Source: the human T2T-CHM13v2.0 reference genome, Homo sapiens
Reading direction: 5' to 3' (one strand)
DNA length: 64,000 nucleotides
Assembly (NCBI RefSeq): GCF_009914755.1
Contig: NC_060928.1
This document shows, piece after piece, positions 1 to 15,795 of this stretch. How positions within the stretch are numbered: position 1 is the first letter of the stretch; each line of letters starts with the position of its first letter. Position numbers and translations under genes: made by a program. The notes beneath the pieces are model-generated. The model saw only the letters and a list, made by a program, of their open reading frames with translations. It was not told the DNA's origin and did not search any database.

Positions 1-1036
1 AGTGGAAATTCTGTGTGGAGTCTCCAACCCCACATTTGCCGTCTGCACTGCCCTAGTAGAGGTTCTCTGTGAGGGCTCCACCCCTATAGCAGACATCTGC
101 CTGGACATCCAGGTATTTCCATACATCCTCTGAAATCTAGGCAGAGGTTCCCAAACTCTTGCCTTCTGCACACTCCCAGGCCCAATATCACATGGAAGCT
201 GCCAAGACTTGAGGCTTGCAGTCTCTGAAGCAATGGCCTGAACCGTACATTGGCCCTTTTTAGCCACAGCTGGAGCTGAAGCAGGGCACCATAACCTGAA
301 GTTGCACAGAGCAACGGAGTCTTGGGCCCGTCCCACAAACCATTTTTCCATCCTAGACCCCCAGGCCTATGAAAGGGCCTATCGTGAAGGTCTCTGACAT
401 GCCCTGGAGACATTTTCCCCATGGTCTTGACCATTAACATTCAGGTCCTCTTTAATCGTGCAAATTTCTCCAGCCATCTTGAATTTCTCACCAGAAAACC
501 ATTTTTCCTTTTCTATCACACGGTCAGACTGCAAATTTTCCAAAATTTTATGCTCTGCTTTCCTTTTAAACATAAGTTCCAATTCCAGACCATCTCTTTG
601 TGAATACATATGAATGTATACTTTCAGAAACAGCCAGGTAACATCTGGAATGCTTTACTGCTTAGAAAATTTTTCTGCCAGGTACCCTAAATCATCTCTC
701 TCAAGTTCAAAGTTCCACAGATCTCTAGGCCAGGGGCAAAATACTACCAGTCTCTTTGCTAAAGCATAGTGAGAGTGACCTTTGTTCCAGTTCCCAATGA
801 GTTTCTCATCTCCATCTGAGACCACCTCAGCCTGGATTTCATTGTTCATATCATTATCAGCATTTTGGTCAAAACTATTCAACAAGTCTCTAAGAAGTTC
901 CAAACTTTCCCAAATTTTCCTATCTTCTTCTCAGCCCTCCAAACTCTTCCCACCTCTGTTTGTTACACAGTTCAAAAGTTGCTTCCACATTTTCAGGTAT
1001 CTTTATACCAGTGCTTCACCATTGGTACCAATTTTC
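1..1036 (-). mobile_element. MaLR (THE1/MST-type) internal region, 5' part; continues beyond the window start
   Basis: The minus strand begins GAAAATTGGTACCA directly after the LTR. ORF remnants 655-903 (LLRDLLNSFDQNADNDMNNEIQAEVVSDGDE) and 379-609 resemble the degenerate MaLR internal ORF. Confidence 0.9.
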
Positions 1037-1409
1037 TGCATTAGTCCATTTTCACACTGCTATAAAGATACTATCTGAGACTGGGTAATTTATAAAGAAA
1101 AGAGGTTTAATTGACCCACAGTTCTGCATGGCTGGTGAAGTGACTGGAAACTTACAATCATGGCGGAAGGCAAAGGTAAAGCAAGACATGTCTTACATGG
1201 TGGCAGGACAGAGAGAGAGAGAGCAAGGGAGAACTGCCACACAGTTTTAAACCATCAAATCTCATGAAAACTCACTTACTATTAGTAGAACAGCATGGGA
1301 GAAACCACCCCCCATGAACAAACCACCTCCCACCAGGCCCCTCCCCCAACACATGAAGATTACAATTTGAGATAAGATTTGAGCAGGGACACAGAGCCAA
1401 ACCACATTA
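1037..1409 (-). mobile_element. THE1D/MSTA-like MaLR LTR (5' LTR of the element)
   Basis: The + strand runs TGCATTAGTCC...GGTAATTTATAAAGAAAAGAGGTTTAATTG...GGACACAGAGCCAAACCACATTA, the reverse complement of the THE1-type LTR consensus. Confidence 0.9.
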
Positions 1410-2661
1410 CCACACTTGCAGACTACTTGATTTCTCCTGGTGCTAGGAACTTTAGGTGTTCTACCAGACAAACTGGTGCTGTTTCATAGGCATCAACCCT
1501 CTCTATCCACTTAGGTTGTAACTTCCTTTGCTTTCATGAATCAACTGCAATTCCGCTGTCAGCTTTATATTTTTCCAAAATGTTTAAAAATTTGTTCTAT
1601 GATGTTCTATCATTCTATTATTCTTGGTGATTAATCTTTTTTTTCTAATTTACTATCTTTTGATGCTGAGAGAGAGAGAAAATAAACACGTAAGTTCAAT
1701 CTATTGTGCGTATGAAGAAATAGTCTTCAACACGTTTTGCAGGAAAGAAATAAAATACAATCCAATAAGAATAAATATAAAAGCAGGTAAAAAAATATTT
1801 CTCCATTACTAGGCCCAAGAGGAGTGAAGAAAATGAGGTCCAAGAGTTGTATTTTGATAAATTATATTACAAACCAGTCAATACTAAATCTGGAGTTCTT
1901 CTTTCATCTCTGTTTTATTTTTCAATATTTCTTCTACCGTTTTGACTGTGAAGTGAATTGGCACACACTAAATACAGGGAAAGTGGAGATATTTTAAGCA
2001 TTAGTTGATTTAAGAAAAAAGTAAGCCTAAATTAAGGTTTATTTTACTAATTATGCACAAATTAAAACACATTCATTACAATGTGCAATATTTTCTGATA
2101 CTATAGGAAATATTAGCATTTGATATATTATTCATATAAAATGTTTATTGAACAATGTTATTTATATATATGAGCAATTATTTTTAAAACTTACGATAGC
2201 TGAAATATTTTGTTATACAAGATCTGGAACCCAGATGAATCATTCTGATTTCAAGATTTTTTAAATCTGAATTTTTAGAATGAAAGTTTTTATATGCTTA
2301 ACTGCTTCTGAAAGAAATTACAGTTTGCCATTTATATCAAATACTAACTTGGTCTGAATCACAAGAATCATGGAAGATGAATCTGCCAGAGTGAATCCGA
2401 AGCACTTCATCTGACCTATACAGCAGATTTCTTCTTATTGAAGTAAAATATTTATATGCCCATTTAACAGGTGAGGTAGCTGATACTCATGATATAGTTT
2501 CTGCCATTACCAAGGCAGGGACCTTGTCTCCTGCTCCTCCAGACCAGTACTCTCAAGTTTTCAAGAGAAATCTTTCAAAAATAATGTTTATTCTATTATT
2601 AATGGAACTAGAGAAGTACCCCGAAAAAAAAAATGCAACTAAAAAAGTATACATAAGACAG

Positions 2662-3014
2662 TGTCTCAGTCCATTTCGGCTGCTAAAGCAAAAACCATAG
2701 ACTGGATAGTTAATTTATAAAGTACAGAAAATTATGCCTCACCGTTCTGGAGGGTGTGAAGCCTAAGATCAAGTACATTTGGTATCCAGTGAAGGTCTGT
2801 TCCTGGAGGGTACTTTCCAGCTGTGTCCTCACATGGTGGAAGGGTGAAGGCAAATCTCTAGGGCCTCTTTTATAAGAACACTAATCCCATTTATGAGCTC
2901 TCCACCCTCATAACTTAATCACATCTGAGATGTCCTACCTCTTAATATCATTGCATTGGTGATTAGATTTAGACATATAAATCTTAAGTGGACATAAACA
3001 TCCAGACCAGAGCA
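2662..3014 (-). mobile_element. MLT1A-like solo LTR
   Basis: TGTCTCAGTCCATT...CAGACCAGAGCA with TG/CA ends and an exact 5-bp TSD GACAG (2657-2661, 3015-3019). Confidence 0.85.
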
Positions 3015-3405
3015 GACAGGGTTTTTAGAGTACTCTACAATAAGGGTCTGAACCCCTGATTTTTTATAGTGATTGAATCAGTCATTTGACATTCCATCCT
3101 AATTAAAGCTTCTTCCCTGTTAATTGCTCCTCCTGTACATCTCCTCTTCTTTTCTCCCAAGAGCCACGTGCCCAGTGAGTAAACTATCATCTCTGTTCTT
3201 TCTAATGCACAACTCATACAAGCCATAATGTGTGATATTTCAATTGTTAGTTTTCATAGATGTAGACAAATATCAGCTCGTTTGAAATTGAGATACCACA
3301 ATAATTTAATCTTTCATTTAAAGCACATTTTAAACTTAGGTGCCTGTGAGGTAAAAAGTTAATGCATTGACTTGTGTGTAGCTCCCTTGTCAAAATGGTC
3401 TTGTT

Positions 3406-3711
<306 letters not shown>

Positions 3712-6374
3712 CTAAGTTGGTATACTATTTCAATATACTGTACAGCTACTAGGTAAATATGACATTCAGATTTGATCCCCAAAGGTACAGAAAGCTACTG
3801 ACATAGTACTATCTCAAATAATAGATATTAGAAATAGTTTGCTTTTTGAGACTCATTTTTATAAAATTTCTTATTTTTTTCTGTAATGAAGTCAGAGAAT
3901 GCTGCCCTTGGTATATTTATGTAAGTTGAAATAAATTATGTCCCAATTATATTTAAACTTCTCTTTTATAAGATTATGTAAATATTTACATTCATGGACA
4001 AAAGTATTTTATTATGATAATAAGCAAATGTGTGTTTGATGAGGATGGGGAAGTCACAAAAATATAATGACCTTAGGAAAGGAAATTATACAGCCTTTGT
4101 TTATGAATTTTCATATATGATGCACAATGTTTTTACATACCTGTTTAACACAATCACTTATTTTAAATCTTAACTGACCTGTAGTTTTGTCCTCATATAT
4201 TTTATTATTGTATTTTTCTTATTCATATGCCTATACTTAATAAATTAACTTAGAAACACAAGCGGTTATAACCAGTAATGTCCCCATACTTAGAAAACCA
4301 AAATAGAATATGCTAATTAATATAAGACAAGTAGAATTTCTGGTGAAATGACATGAAATGAAAGCAAACAGTATGGCTTCATTTGCTAATTGACTAAGTA
4401 AGTTCATCCTCATGTGAGAGTTTTACCAAAATGTGTATTAAAAACTTTCCTGCCACAATAATGTCCTAATTCTTTCAGGCTGGTGGGAACTAGAAGCAAC
4501 TTTTCCTTCCCAGGGTGTGGTAAACGTAAAACTGTAAGCTGATTGAAAACAAAAACATCTCTTTTAAAAGTAGGAATCTTGTCTTTAACAACTGTGGAAC
4601 TAATGGTTCTCCATAGTGAGACAAGCAAGGAAATGGGAAAAAAGGAGATTCTTAACACTGCTATTGCCTTCTTATTTAATATTGTTTCTATTATTCATTG
4701 TTGACCTTTTTTGTCAAACTATAGAAATTCAGTTTCTTTTTAGTTTTCCCTTTTATTCTTTTTAACGTCAGTACAATGGTAGTGAATAATACAAGTCTTG
4801 TACTTGTCCACTCATTTATTTTTCTTGTCATTTCAATTTTGTGATGAAATGGCCAGCCCCAAACACCTCTGCACAGACTATGTTCTCTTGAGAGTGATAC
4901 AGAATCATCCTTTTGTATGCTAATAGTGCTGCCTGTCTGCAAAAATATTCACTGTGGCATGTAATGCCACATTTCAAAATTCATAAATGTAATTTATGAA
5001 TTGCCCACAAAAATCATTGTAAATTTTTAATCATTGAGATTCTTTTGTCAAGCAACAAAAAAAGTGAAATAAAGAAGAAAAATCAGAAAAGGAATAAAGT
5101 GATTAAAAGAAAGTATATTTCTATAAATACTTTCACGTGGTATGAATTGTGATGTCACAAGTAGATAAAAGTCTAGGATGCAAAGAAGTTTTAGCTTAAC
5201 TTTTTCTGTTAGACAGAGAAAGACAACTAGTATTAGGCCAAATAAAAATATATATTTATTCAACCATTTATTTATTCCCACCTTGTTTTACAAATCATTT
5301 CAGATAGATATACTTAGAGCTGGATATGAAAAACTTTATCTAAAAAACTGAGTTTTGTTTTGTTTTTCTTTTTGCTCAATGCTGCATAGGATCGGTTATG
5401 AAATGCCAAACAATATATTCAATATCAATATCAGGATATGTTTCACGAATGTCTGAAATCTAGCACCAAATGCCATTACTGGACAGGAAATGAGTGCTTT
5501 AGTTAAGCCGGTCCAGAGGAAAATAGTATAAATTATACACTTGCACATTAATTAAGAGCAGTTAAAGGTTATTTGTGTAAATGGCTTCCATACCACCAGA
5601 TTCTGAATGATGGGGGTTGACTGGATTTATCAATGATTCTCAATCACCTGACCCTTAATTACAGACTGCTCTCCAAACCTATAGTTAAGAGTATTAAAGT
5701 GAATGTTCCTATCATCTGAATCATGGTGTGGAGTTGTGTGGGTCACCAGGTTAAAAGAGAATTCATTAGATAGACTTCAGGGAATAATGTTGGTGATCAC
5801 TTTCTCTATTTACTACTGTTGTATTGAACAAGTTAACGTGTACAAGAATAGCTTTTCATTAAATGGCTGAAGTTAATTTAAAATGAATGCTCTTTTATAA
5901 TTGTAAAAGAGAAACTGACCTCATTACTCTTGGCTTTTCTTACATCATTTTTCTGGATTAATTTTATTATGGTGTATAATTACTTGGGCATTATATCTGG
6001 AATAAAACAACTCTGTTTATCATGATAACTTTGAAATAATTTATTAATCCAAGGACACAACGTATAAAACAGGTCTTTTTTTTGAGAGTTAGAAACATAA
6101 AGTGTCTCACTTCTAAAGAAAATTCTTGCCTAGGATTTCAAGGGCTTATCATCAGGACTTTAATAAGAGAAAATATGTGATGGTGAGTTGTTACAGGAAT
6201 GTGAAATGATTTGGAAAACTTGTCTCGATATGTTGGAAAATCCAGATACCGTACAGAATGCAAACCAAAACATCCCCACCCCTTCCCCACCTCACATATG
6301 TCCCCACCCAAAAGATGTTGAAAACTGTGGATCATGCTTTAAAAACAATTGAAAGCTAGCCAGAGTATATATGT

Positions 6375-6393
6375 ACGTGTGTGTGTGTGTGTA
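6375..6393. repeat. short (TG)n microsatellite
   Basis: Run of gtgtgtgtgtgtgtgt. Confidence 0.7.
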
Positions 6394-6562
6394 TAATATG
6401 CATATATGAATCCTTAAAAGGTCATATAGAATTAACTTAATATTTTTCTTGATTCTTGTGATTCTGTTCCTTATGGTAATAAAATATATTGAAATACATC
6501 AATGAAAATGTGTAATATAAATAACTCAATGACAAAATTTAAAAACAAAATGGCAAACTTAC

Positions 6563-7405
6563 CTGGTACTCGCATGTCTTCCTCAAATCTTGCCACTACT
6601 ACAAATGCTTTAGATTTCTACTCACAAATGCACGAAGATTGAAATCCCAGTTTCATACATATATTATTTGATACTATGGCTTTATTCTGTGATAATTAGT
6701 ATTTCTAAATCTGTTTCAAATTACCAACAGTTCTCATAGACATTGTGCTCCAGAGAACATACCAGTAACATGCAGCAGGATAATATCAAAATGGAAGATT
6801 TCATGATGAGAAGTAAATAAAACTCCAGGTGGAAATGCAAACCTTTTCCCTGATAGGATGAGAAAACATTGCGCTAACACTGCAACCATATTCAATATAA
6901 AGTCTGTCTTAGAAAACTTTTAGCTTTGAGAAAATTCTTTAGGAGATTATTGTACCTTATTTTCAAATGCAAAGTTCTTCAAATTCAGAACCACTAACTG
7001 CAATGAGATAGTTAATTAGTTCCTAACATTTTACCCACTTCCTTTTATCATTATTATTTGGGAAAAAATAAACACAGATAAGATCCATACTTTCTGAAAG
7101 AAGTTCCAAGTAAAATACAGCACGGGGAGGACAAAAACAGCAAAATAGAAATTCTTTGATACTTTGGAAAGTTTTTGAAAGTCTTTCTCTCATTAAGCAG
7201 CACATCAAGTAAAGAAGAATATATTCAAAAATGTTAAAAATAAGAGAAAAATATATTGCGAAACCTTAATACTGTACATATTTTTTCTTTTCAAGATTGA
7301 AAATCTGCTAGACTGCCTCCATTAAATATATCTCACCTACCTGACATTTGTATGTTAATTATATCTAATTCAACAGTATATTTTGAGCACAGGGGAAATT
7401 TTCTA
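6563..7405 (-). other. cluster of candidate spliced exons (7341-7405, 6763-6849, 6563-6686)
   Basis: Donors CAG|GTAGGT, CTG|GTATGT and CAG|GTAAGT; acceptors GGGTTTTCCAG|, TTTTCTCATCCTATCAG| and CTAATTATCACAG|. Motif evidence only. Confidence 0.35.
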
Positions 7406-8222
7406 CTGGAAAACCCAAGTGATAGAAAAGTGAAGAGCTTTCCAAAAGATTCCCTCTTAGGTATTCAATTCCCAGTTCAGTGGCTTCCTTAACAGCTTTT
7501 ACAGTTACATGGTTTTTAAGCAGTAAGTATTCTGAGGCATTCCTCCAAATATACAGTGTCAGCATCATAATGGAATAACATACATGTCAAGTAAAATGCA
7601 CTTTTAATAATTTATTGTTTCCTTTTTGTAGAGATACATTTGTAGTAAGTACAGTAAGCTTTCTATTAAAATCCCATTCAAGGAATCATTCTGTAGGTCT
7701 AGTTCCAAAGTTAGTTATTGGATTTTTTTCTTTAGGTATCAAATATTTTTAGGTGTACTTTAAACTTTATGCCCAAATTGGTTTACTGATACTGTAATTA
7801 AATATTGGGGTTTTTCAGACATACATATTTTGCACATATACAGCCATAAATGTTTATGTATACTGCATATGGTCATAATGTAGAATTATAAATTTGTTAC
7901 TCAAGAGGTACATTCAACATTTTGATGTTAATTTGGATCTATAAAGAGGGAAAAATAAACTTAGAAACTTCAGTTCTGTGTCAAATTATAAATCTTTCTG
8001 TTTTTTAATAAACTCAGAAAAAAATCAATGTTTTTAGATTTCAAACTAAACTATAAACTTTCAGGAGTAAGAAGATAGTGTCACTTCAAATTACCTACCA
8101 AACCATAAAGGCTCATCAAGGAAAATACGAACAAGGATATTTCTACACCTTTTTCTTATAACTAAGTGTTTTCAAAATTCCTCTTAGTCCTGAGTTAGAA
8201 CACTATACCAAGTAAGAGTATA

Positions 8223-8292
8223 AGTTTTTAAATTTAAATTTAATTTTAAAAATTAAATATAATTTTTAATTTTAAATTTAATTAAAAAAACT
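8223..8292. repeat. AT-rich imperfect inverted repeat / low complexity
   Basis: 33-nt arms, 28/33 complementary, 4-nt loop. Confidence 0.7.
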
Positions 8293-9194
8293 AAATACTC
8301 TGGAAAACTTTGAGAAGAGATATTTAATATTTTGCAAGTATATTTTTAAAATAAAAGGTACATCCCCTGAAAGTTTACTATTGTAATAATTCTTTTCAAT
8401 TAGGGATTCTCTGACTCTACAATGATTGGCTAAAATATCAAATTAATTAAAACGTTTGAACAATTTTCCAAGCCATAGCTCTATTTTGCTTCTTCTTTTA
8501 TTATTTATCTTGGTGCCCTGGCTGCTACACTTCACCATCCCTTCTTCTACCTTCCTATAGATTCATAGATTTTTCTTTGTTCTGTGATGGAGATTAAAAT
8601 AATGGGACTTAATGTTTTATGTAGTTAACATGTTTTAAATATTTGTTCTAGAAAGTAGCATTGTATATCTTTTGAATTGGAAAAATTTGATTCAGCATAT
8701 GTAGAGTGTGATATTAAGAGGAGGGGGGAAGAGAGAAAAAGAGATTGAGACATACTGATATGAAAACAATTATTAACTGTACTCTGTGGCATCCTAATTC
8801 ATATTGAGCCTTATAAGTTTGTATCTGTGGTTGTCAAGGAGAGTTCAAGTATAAACAGAGACAGTTTGAGCCCACAATCCATTTTAAGGATCATAAGACT
8901 TATTAGCACGTTAATAAAGGAGAGAAGTATTAGGCATGCATGAACACATAAAAATTGATTAAAGTATCTCCAATTACTTATTTAGGCAAAAAAAAAGTAG
9001 AAGACAATGAATAACTTTATAAAGATTGTGTTAAGAAATGCTGCATTCATTGTTGAACTATTAATATTTTGCTTTTGTCTCTGTTTCAAGTAAATGAAAC
9101 TTAAAAATTTTAAAACTACATTTGAAATTTTTCTTTTGCAATAATGTACACAAAACCTGCCAGCTTTACAGAGCCTTAATATTAAAGAGTAATA

Positions 9195-9491
<297 letters not shown>

Positions 9492-10401
9492 TAAAGAATA
9501 ATTACTCAAATGTTTTATAATTTCAAAATATCTCCAAATAATCAACATAAAAATTACGGCAAAATTAAGGAAGCCTATTTATTTACAGTATAGTTGGTTA
9601 ATGTAGTTAATTGGTGTCTCTTACATTTCAATCAGTGGTGTGTTCTGTTAAAACAAAAGAGGAAAAAAAGTGTACTTCTTATTTTTTAGGAATTTACCAT
9701 TTATTTGGGTAAGTTATTCACATGCCCATATAAATATGTAAAAAATAGCTTTCTTCTGTAGAGAGCAAATTTGTAAATTTTCTAAGTCTTGTATACTACC
9801 TATGAGTCTCACTTTTCACAACAGATACGCTTTTAAAATACTCATATAAATTTATCTAAATTAAATAATGTTCTAAAAGCAGGATATGAGACTAGCATCT
9901 AAATGCACTCAATTTATTATTTATATATTGTAAAAATTCTTTTACATAGACAATTATTATCTATGAATGATATGATTTTTAACTGTATTTTTATCAATTT
10001 TCTAATACACATCTAATTAAAAGCAAACAGGTGATAAATGAAATCTACACGTGATTAAAAATAAAATAAAGCCATTGCATCTATAATTTTAAAATGCAAT
10101 AATCCATTTGGTTTACTCTATCAAAAATATGTAATAAATTTGTGATAAAGGAAGCCATCAATTCAATAACATGATTTTGCCTTCTAACACTCAAAGGCCT
10201 TATAAATTTTTCTTTGATTTGTATCTTCTGTTTTATTGTCACAAAAGACAAGTGAATCAATTTTCACTTGTAAATATAATTGCCACCACTGTATCCTCAT
10301 AAACAATACACTTTAATATTTAACTACTATGAATTATGGATGGTTAGTTATCTAATATCTACCAAATTGTCCTACTACTTCCTCTGGATTATTGGCATAA
10401 A

Positions 10402-10452
10402 ATGGATTACATGTCTAATTTACTGAGATTTAAAAGTTTTGTCTTAAAGAAG
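10402..10452 (+). other. candidate coding part of a first exon (MDYMSNLLRFKSFVLKK)
   Basis: AAAATGG strong Kozak context, then 17 open codons ending at a consensus donor AAG|GTAAGT (phase 0). Confidence 0.25.
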
Positions 10453-10530
10453 GTAAGTGAAATATGGAGCCTAATTAAGGCCCTTGAGAGTAATTCTTGA
10501 ATATACATTTTTACTGTTAGCAAGTCTTCG

Positions 10531-10558
10531 TATATATATATATATATATTTTTTTTTT
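10531..10558. repeat. (TA)n plus poly(T) microsatellite
   Basis: About nine TA units followed directly by a T run. Confidence 0.85.
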
Positions 10559-10759
10559 AGATAGATAATACTAGCTCTCCTCTATATATTTAAACTAATT
10601 TTTAGAGTCAGCTTGCTGTTGATTATACCAATAGTGCTTCAGCCCTCTGTCACTAACGTGTATTTGCACAGACGAGTCAAATGCATACAAGCCTCCCACA
10701 TGGAGAGGATGTGACTTAGCTCTAGAAGTCCAGTGTCTGGGACTTGGGAGATCATCTAA

Positions 10760-10920
10760 AGCAGCAATTCTCAGAAGCTAATGGGCATACAAATTATCTG
10801 GAGAACTTACAGAATGTGCATTCTGATTCAGTAGATCTGACATGGGGCTTGTGGTTCTGCATTTTTAACAAGCTCCAAAGAAATGCAGATGCTATTGACC
10901 CCTTGACCAGACTTTGTCTA
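10760..10920. mobile_element. MER5A-like hAT-Charlie MITE
   Basis: GATTCAGTAGATCTG...TCTGCATTTTTAACAAGCTCC core motifs of MER5. Confidence 0.7.
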
Positions 10921-11094
10921 CACCATTTTATTTTACAAACGAGAAAACTGAGTCCTGAAAAGTCTAAATTTTCAAAGCTGGCCTTGATACTTAAATGAAG
11001 AGAAGTCTACCATAAACAAAACATTATATCCTGAGGTTATACCTTCCTTAGTATGTATACTTTCCTTATTGGAAGATCTTGAAGAGCAGTAATT

Positions 11095-11190
11095 ATGGGT
11101 TGAACCTGTTTTCATCAGCCACAGCACCTATCACAGGGTTTTATCTATAGTGGAGCTTATTCAATAAATATTACTTGAAGGAATTAAACA
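11095..11190 (+). mobile_element. L2 3' end fragment
   Basis: CAGCACCTATCACAG...TTCAATAAATATTACTTGAA. Confidence 0.5.
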
Positions 11191-11229
11191 TCAGAAGTGT
11201 TTTCTTTGTTTTCATCTCACTAAGTAGCT

Positions 11230-12400
<1,171 letters not shown>

Positions 12401-12580
12401 AAGCGACCTGACCAAGTCAGGCAGCTGAGAGTTTTCTAGAGATACTGCGGGAAAAGTTCTCCCACGCCAATGTTTTAGTGATTATGCAAATAGGCAATCA
12501 GAAGATGAGGAAAGTGAGAGATGACGGAGATGAAGAACAGTTTATTACCCCAATTCACATAGACACATACACTTTACATA

Positions 12581-12931
12581 GCCAGATACACTCAATGTTT
12601 GTGCTCCCCCAAAATTCATACATTAAAATCCTAATGCCCAGTGTTATGATATTAGGAGGTGGGGACTTCCAGAGGTAATTAGGTCATGAGGATGGAGTCC
12701 TCATGAATAGGATTAGTGTCCTAATAAGAAGAGACAGGACAGAGATGATTGTCCTCTCCCATGTGAGGATCCGATGGGAAGACAGCCGTCTGCAAACTTA
12801 GAAGAGGGCCCTCACCAGATATCACATATGCCTGTGCCTTGACCTTGGTCTTCCCAGCCTCAGAACTGTGAGAAATAAATATTATTCAAGCCACCAAATC
12901 TACTTTGTTACAGTAGCCAACAACTAAGACA
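12581..12931 (+). mobile_element. MLT1A-like solo LTR
   Basis: AATGTTTGTGCTCCCCCAAAATTCATA...CAGAACTGTGAGAAATAAAT...ACTAAGACA. Confidence 0.85.
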
Positions 12932-13009
12932 CACATGTGCTTTCACACCACCACCACAATTAACAACAGACATAACCCTGAGTGCTGTAGCTAAAAGAAA
13001 ATCAGCTAA

Positions 13010-13374
<365 letters not shown>

Positions 13375-14460
13375 GAGGGTCTCTAAGATGATAGGCTGAC
13401 CACGTGGATGTCTCCTTTCCATAAAAATAGCAATTTTACTTCCATTACAACTTTGTGTGTTTTAAGTCTTAAACTGTTTCACTGATGAGAACCACATTTT
13501 AAAGTAAAAATAACCCTTGTAAAGGGCAGTGTCAGCCATTATCAGTAAACACTTTATCAATTACTTAAATGACATCCAGGGAAAAGAGGAGTGCTGGATG
13601 TACCTACCGTCACCCATACTTTCATCTGTTTGGTCTGCTGCTTGGCAGTTTGAACCACACCTTCATTCTTGGAGCCTTCTCCTACCTTAGCCACCACATA
13701 TCTGCTGGTTCTTTGACTTATGTAACTACTCCTTGCCACAGTTCTTTTATGCCAATTAAAAGGGACACAATGTTCCTTTTAGAAACCATGAGTAGTATAC
13801 AGTGTGCATTATACCCATAAGTAGGTATTAAGAAACTAGCTTATTTAACCTAATTAGCTTCTGCTTAGCAGGAAAAATAATTTGGGTCATTCTTAAAATG
13901 TGGAATGATTATGTGAAATTATTGCTTAAAGTCACCTAATTTTCATTTCTAAATGATATATTGCCTTTTGTATATATGTTAAAGTGGATATTCATAGATA
14001 CTGAGCATGTCCTTACCTAGAGACTTTTGTATTCATAAAAACCCATCTGTGCTATCATGAGGCATATTAGTGTCAAAAAGAGAAAAAAATCACTGAATTC
14101 AAACCTAGGAAAGATAATATGTGTAGCATTTGCAGAGAATTAAAAGTAAAAGTCTTTTGGGGGCACGAATGTTATAACATTGACTTCTCAGTTTCCTTCT
14201 TATTAATTTTTCAAATAACCTTGACCATCTAAAAAGAAAGAGCCCTTTTTCAAATCATATTCAAAGTACCAAGCTTATGGCACCTCAATTTAAAATAACC
14301 TCCATATCAAAATCACTTAATCTTTCTACAATGTGTCTCATGAAACTAGTCGACGGCATTTTCACTAACTCTTGCGCTCATGATAATAGCTATGTTACTG
14401 TATGTCGTAAGTATTCCTTAATTGGGGAAAACTGCATCTTCCTTTCCCTATCTTATGGAC

Positions 14461-14874
<414 letters not shown>

Positions 14875-14939
14875 TAATCTCTTAGATAAATTTTCTTTCA
14901 AAGCTATCAAAATTCCATATGCTTGAAATTCTAGAGCTT

Positions 14940-15090
14940 AACTGGCTACAGATTCAGAAACCAGAGTACCAGGTTCAAATTTTAGATTTACTTCTCACTG
15001 ATCAAATATTATTGGGCACGTCTCACACTTTTTCAGCATCCTCATAAGGTTACTATAAAAATTTTAAAACTGAATACAAATAAAGCCCCT
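14940..15090 (+). mobile_element. MIR remnant
   Basis: CCAGGTTCAAAT...CTCACTG...GGGCA MIR core-like sequence, highly diverged. Confidence 0.4.
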
Positions 15091-15579
15091 TTGTGTTCCT
15101 AATTTTTCTTGTTCTGCACAATGAGCACTTCTTAGCCAATATTTCAAAGGAGCACACTAAAATTTCCTAAACTAAAAAACTAGTATACCAGCAATGGCAC
15201 TTACATTTTAGGAGCATCTCTTTTTAAAAAATATTTTAATCAGTAGCTCTTTGTAATATTTATTCTTGGTAACAGATGTTAAATGATGCCATCATATTGA
15301 ATTGAGGGTAAATATTAGCTCATTTTTCCTATCACATTATAAGTCTAGATGTTTTATCATATCCTTTTGAAATGTGCTGCAGGAATCTAACAGCTCTTTG
15401 TCATTTAAGAAAATATTAATTTCTAAACAGATGCAAATATCTTTACAAATACAGGGCATTTAAATCACAACAAGCTAAAGCTGTTGTATTTAGTACTTGA
15501 GAGATAAATGTTAAATTATGTCATTCCATAATATACATTTTGTTATACATTGTATTCAAATAAGTAATATACAATGATA

Positions 15580-15795
15580 ATATTGACAGTAAATAATCTG
15601 TTGAACACTCACTATATATTAAATGTCATTTTCAAATAATAATCATGTGAACTCTATGACTTAGTGCCACACAACTGTGATTCTCACTATACAATGTGAG
15701 GTAACCAGTCCAGCATCCTCAGCTAGTGAGTAAAGGAGTGAGGATTAAACCCATATTGTTACACTCTGAAGTACCAGAAATTAACTTACACTATA
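15580..15795 (-). mobile_element. MIR remnant
   Basis: CAGCTAGTGAGTAAAGGAGTGAGGATTAAACCCA. Confidence 0.5.

Noticed and set aside
4691-4942. Minus-strand ORF/exon (TGSTISIQKDD...) as continuation of the 6.5 kb cluster
   Set aside because: Weak donor (GAG|GTGTTT), and the phase after MRVP-G runs into a stop within five codons.
10201-10206. TATAAA as promoter of candidate exon A
   Set aside because: The hexamer is very frequent in this AT-rich window and has no independent support.
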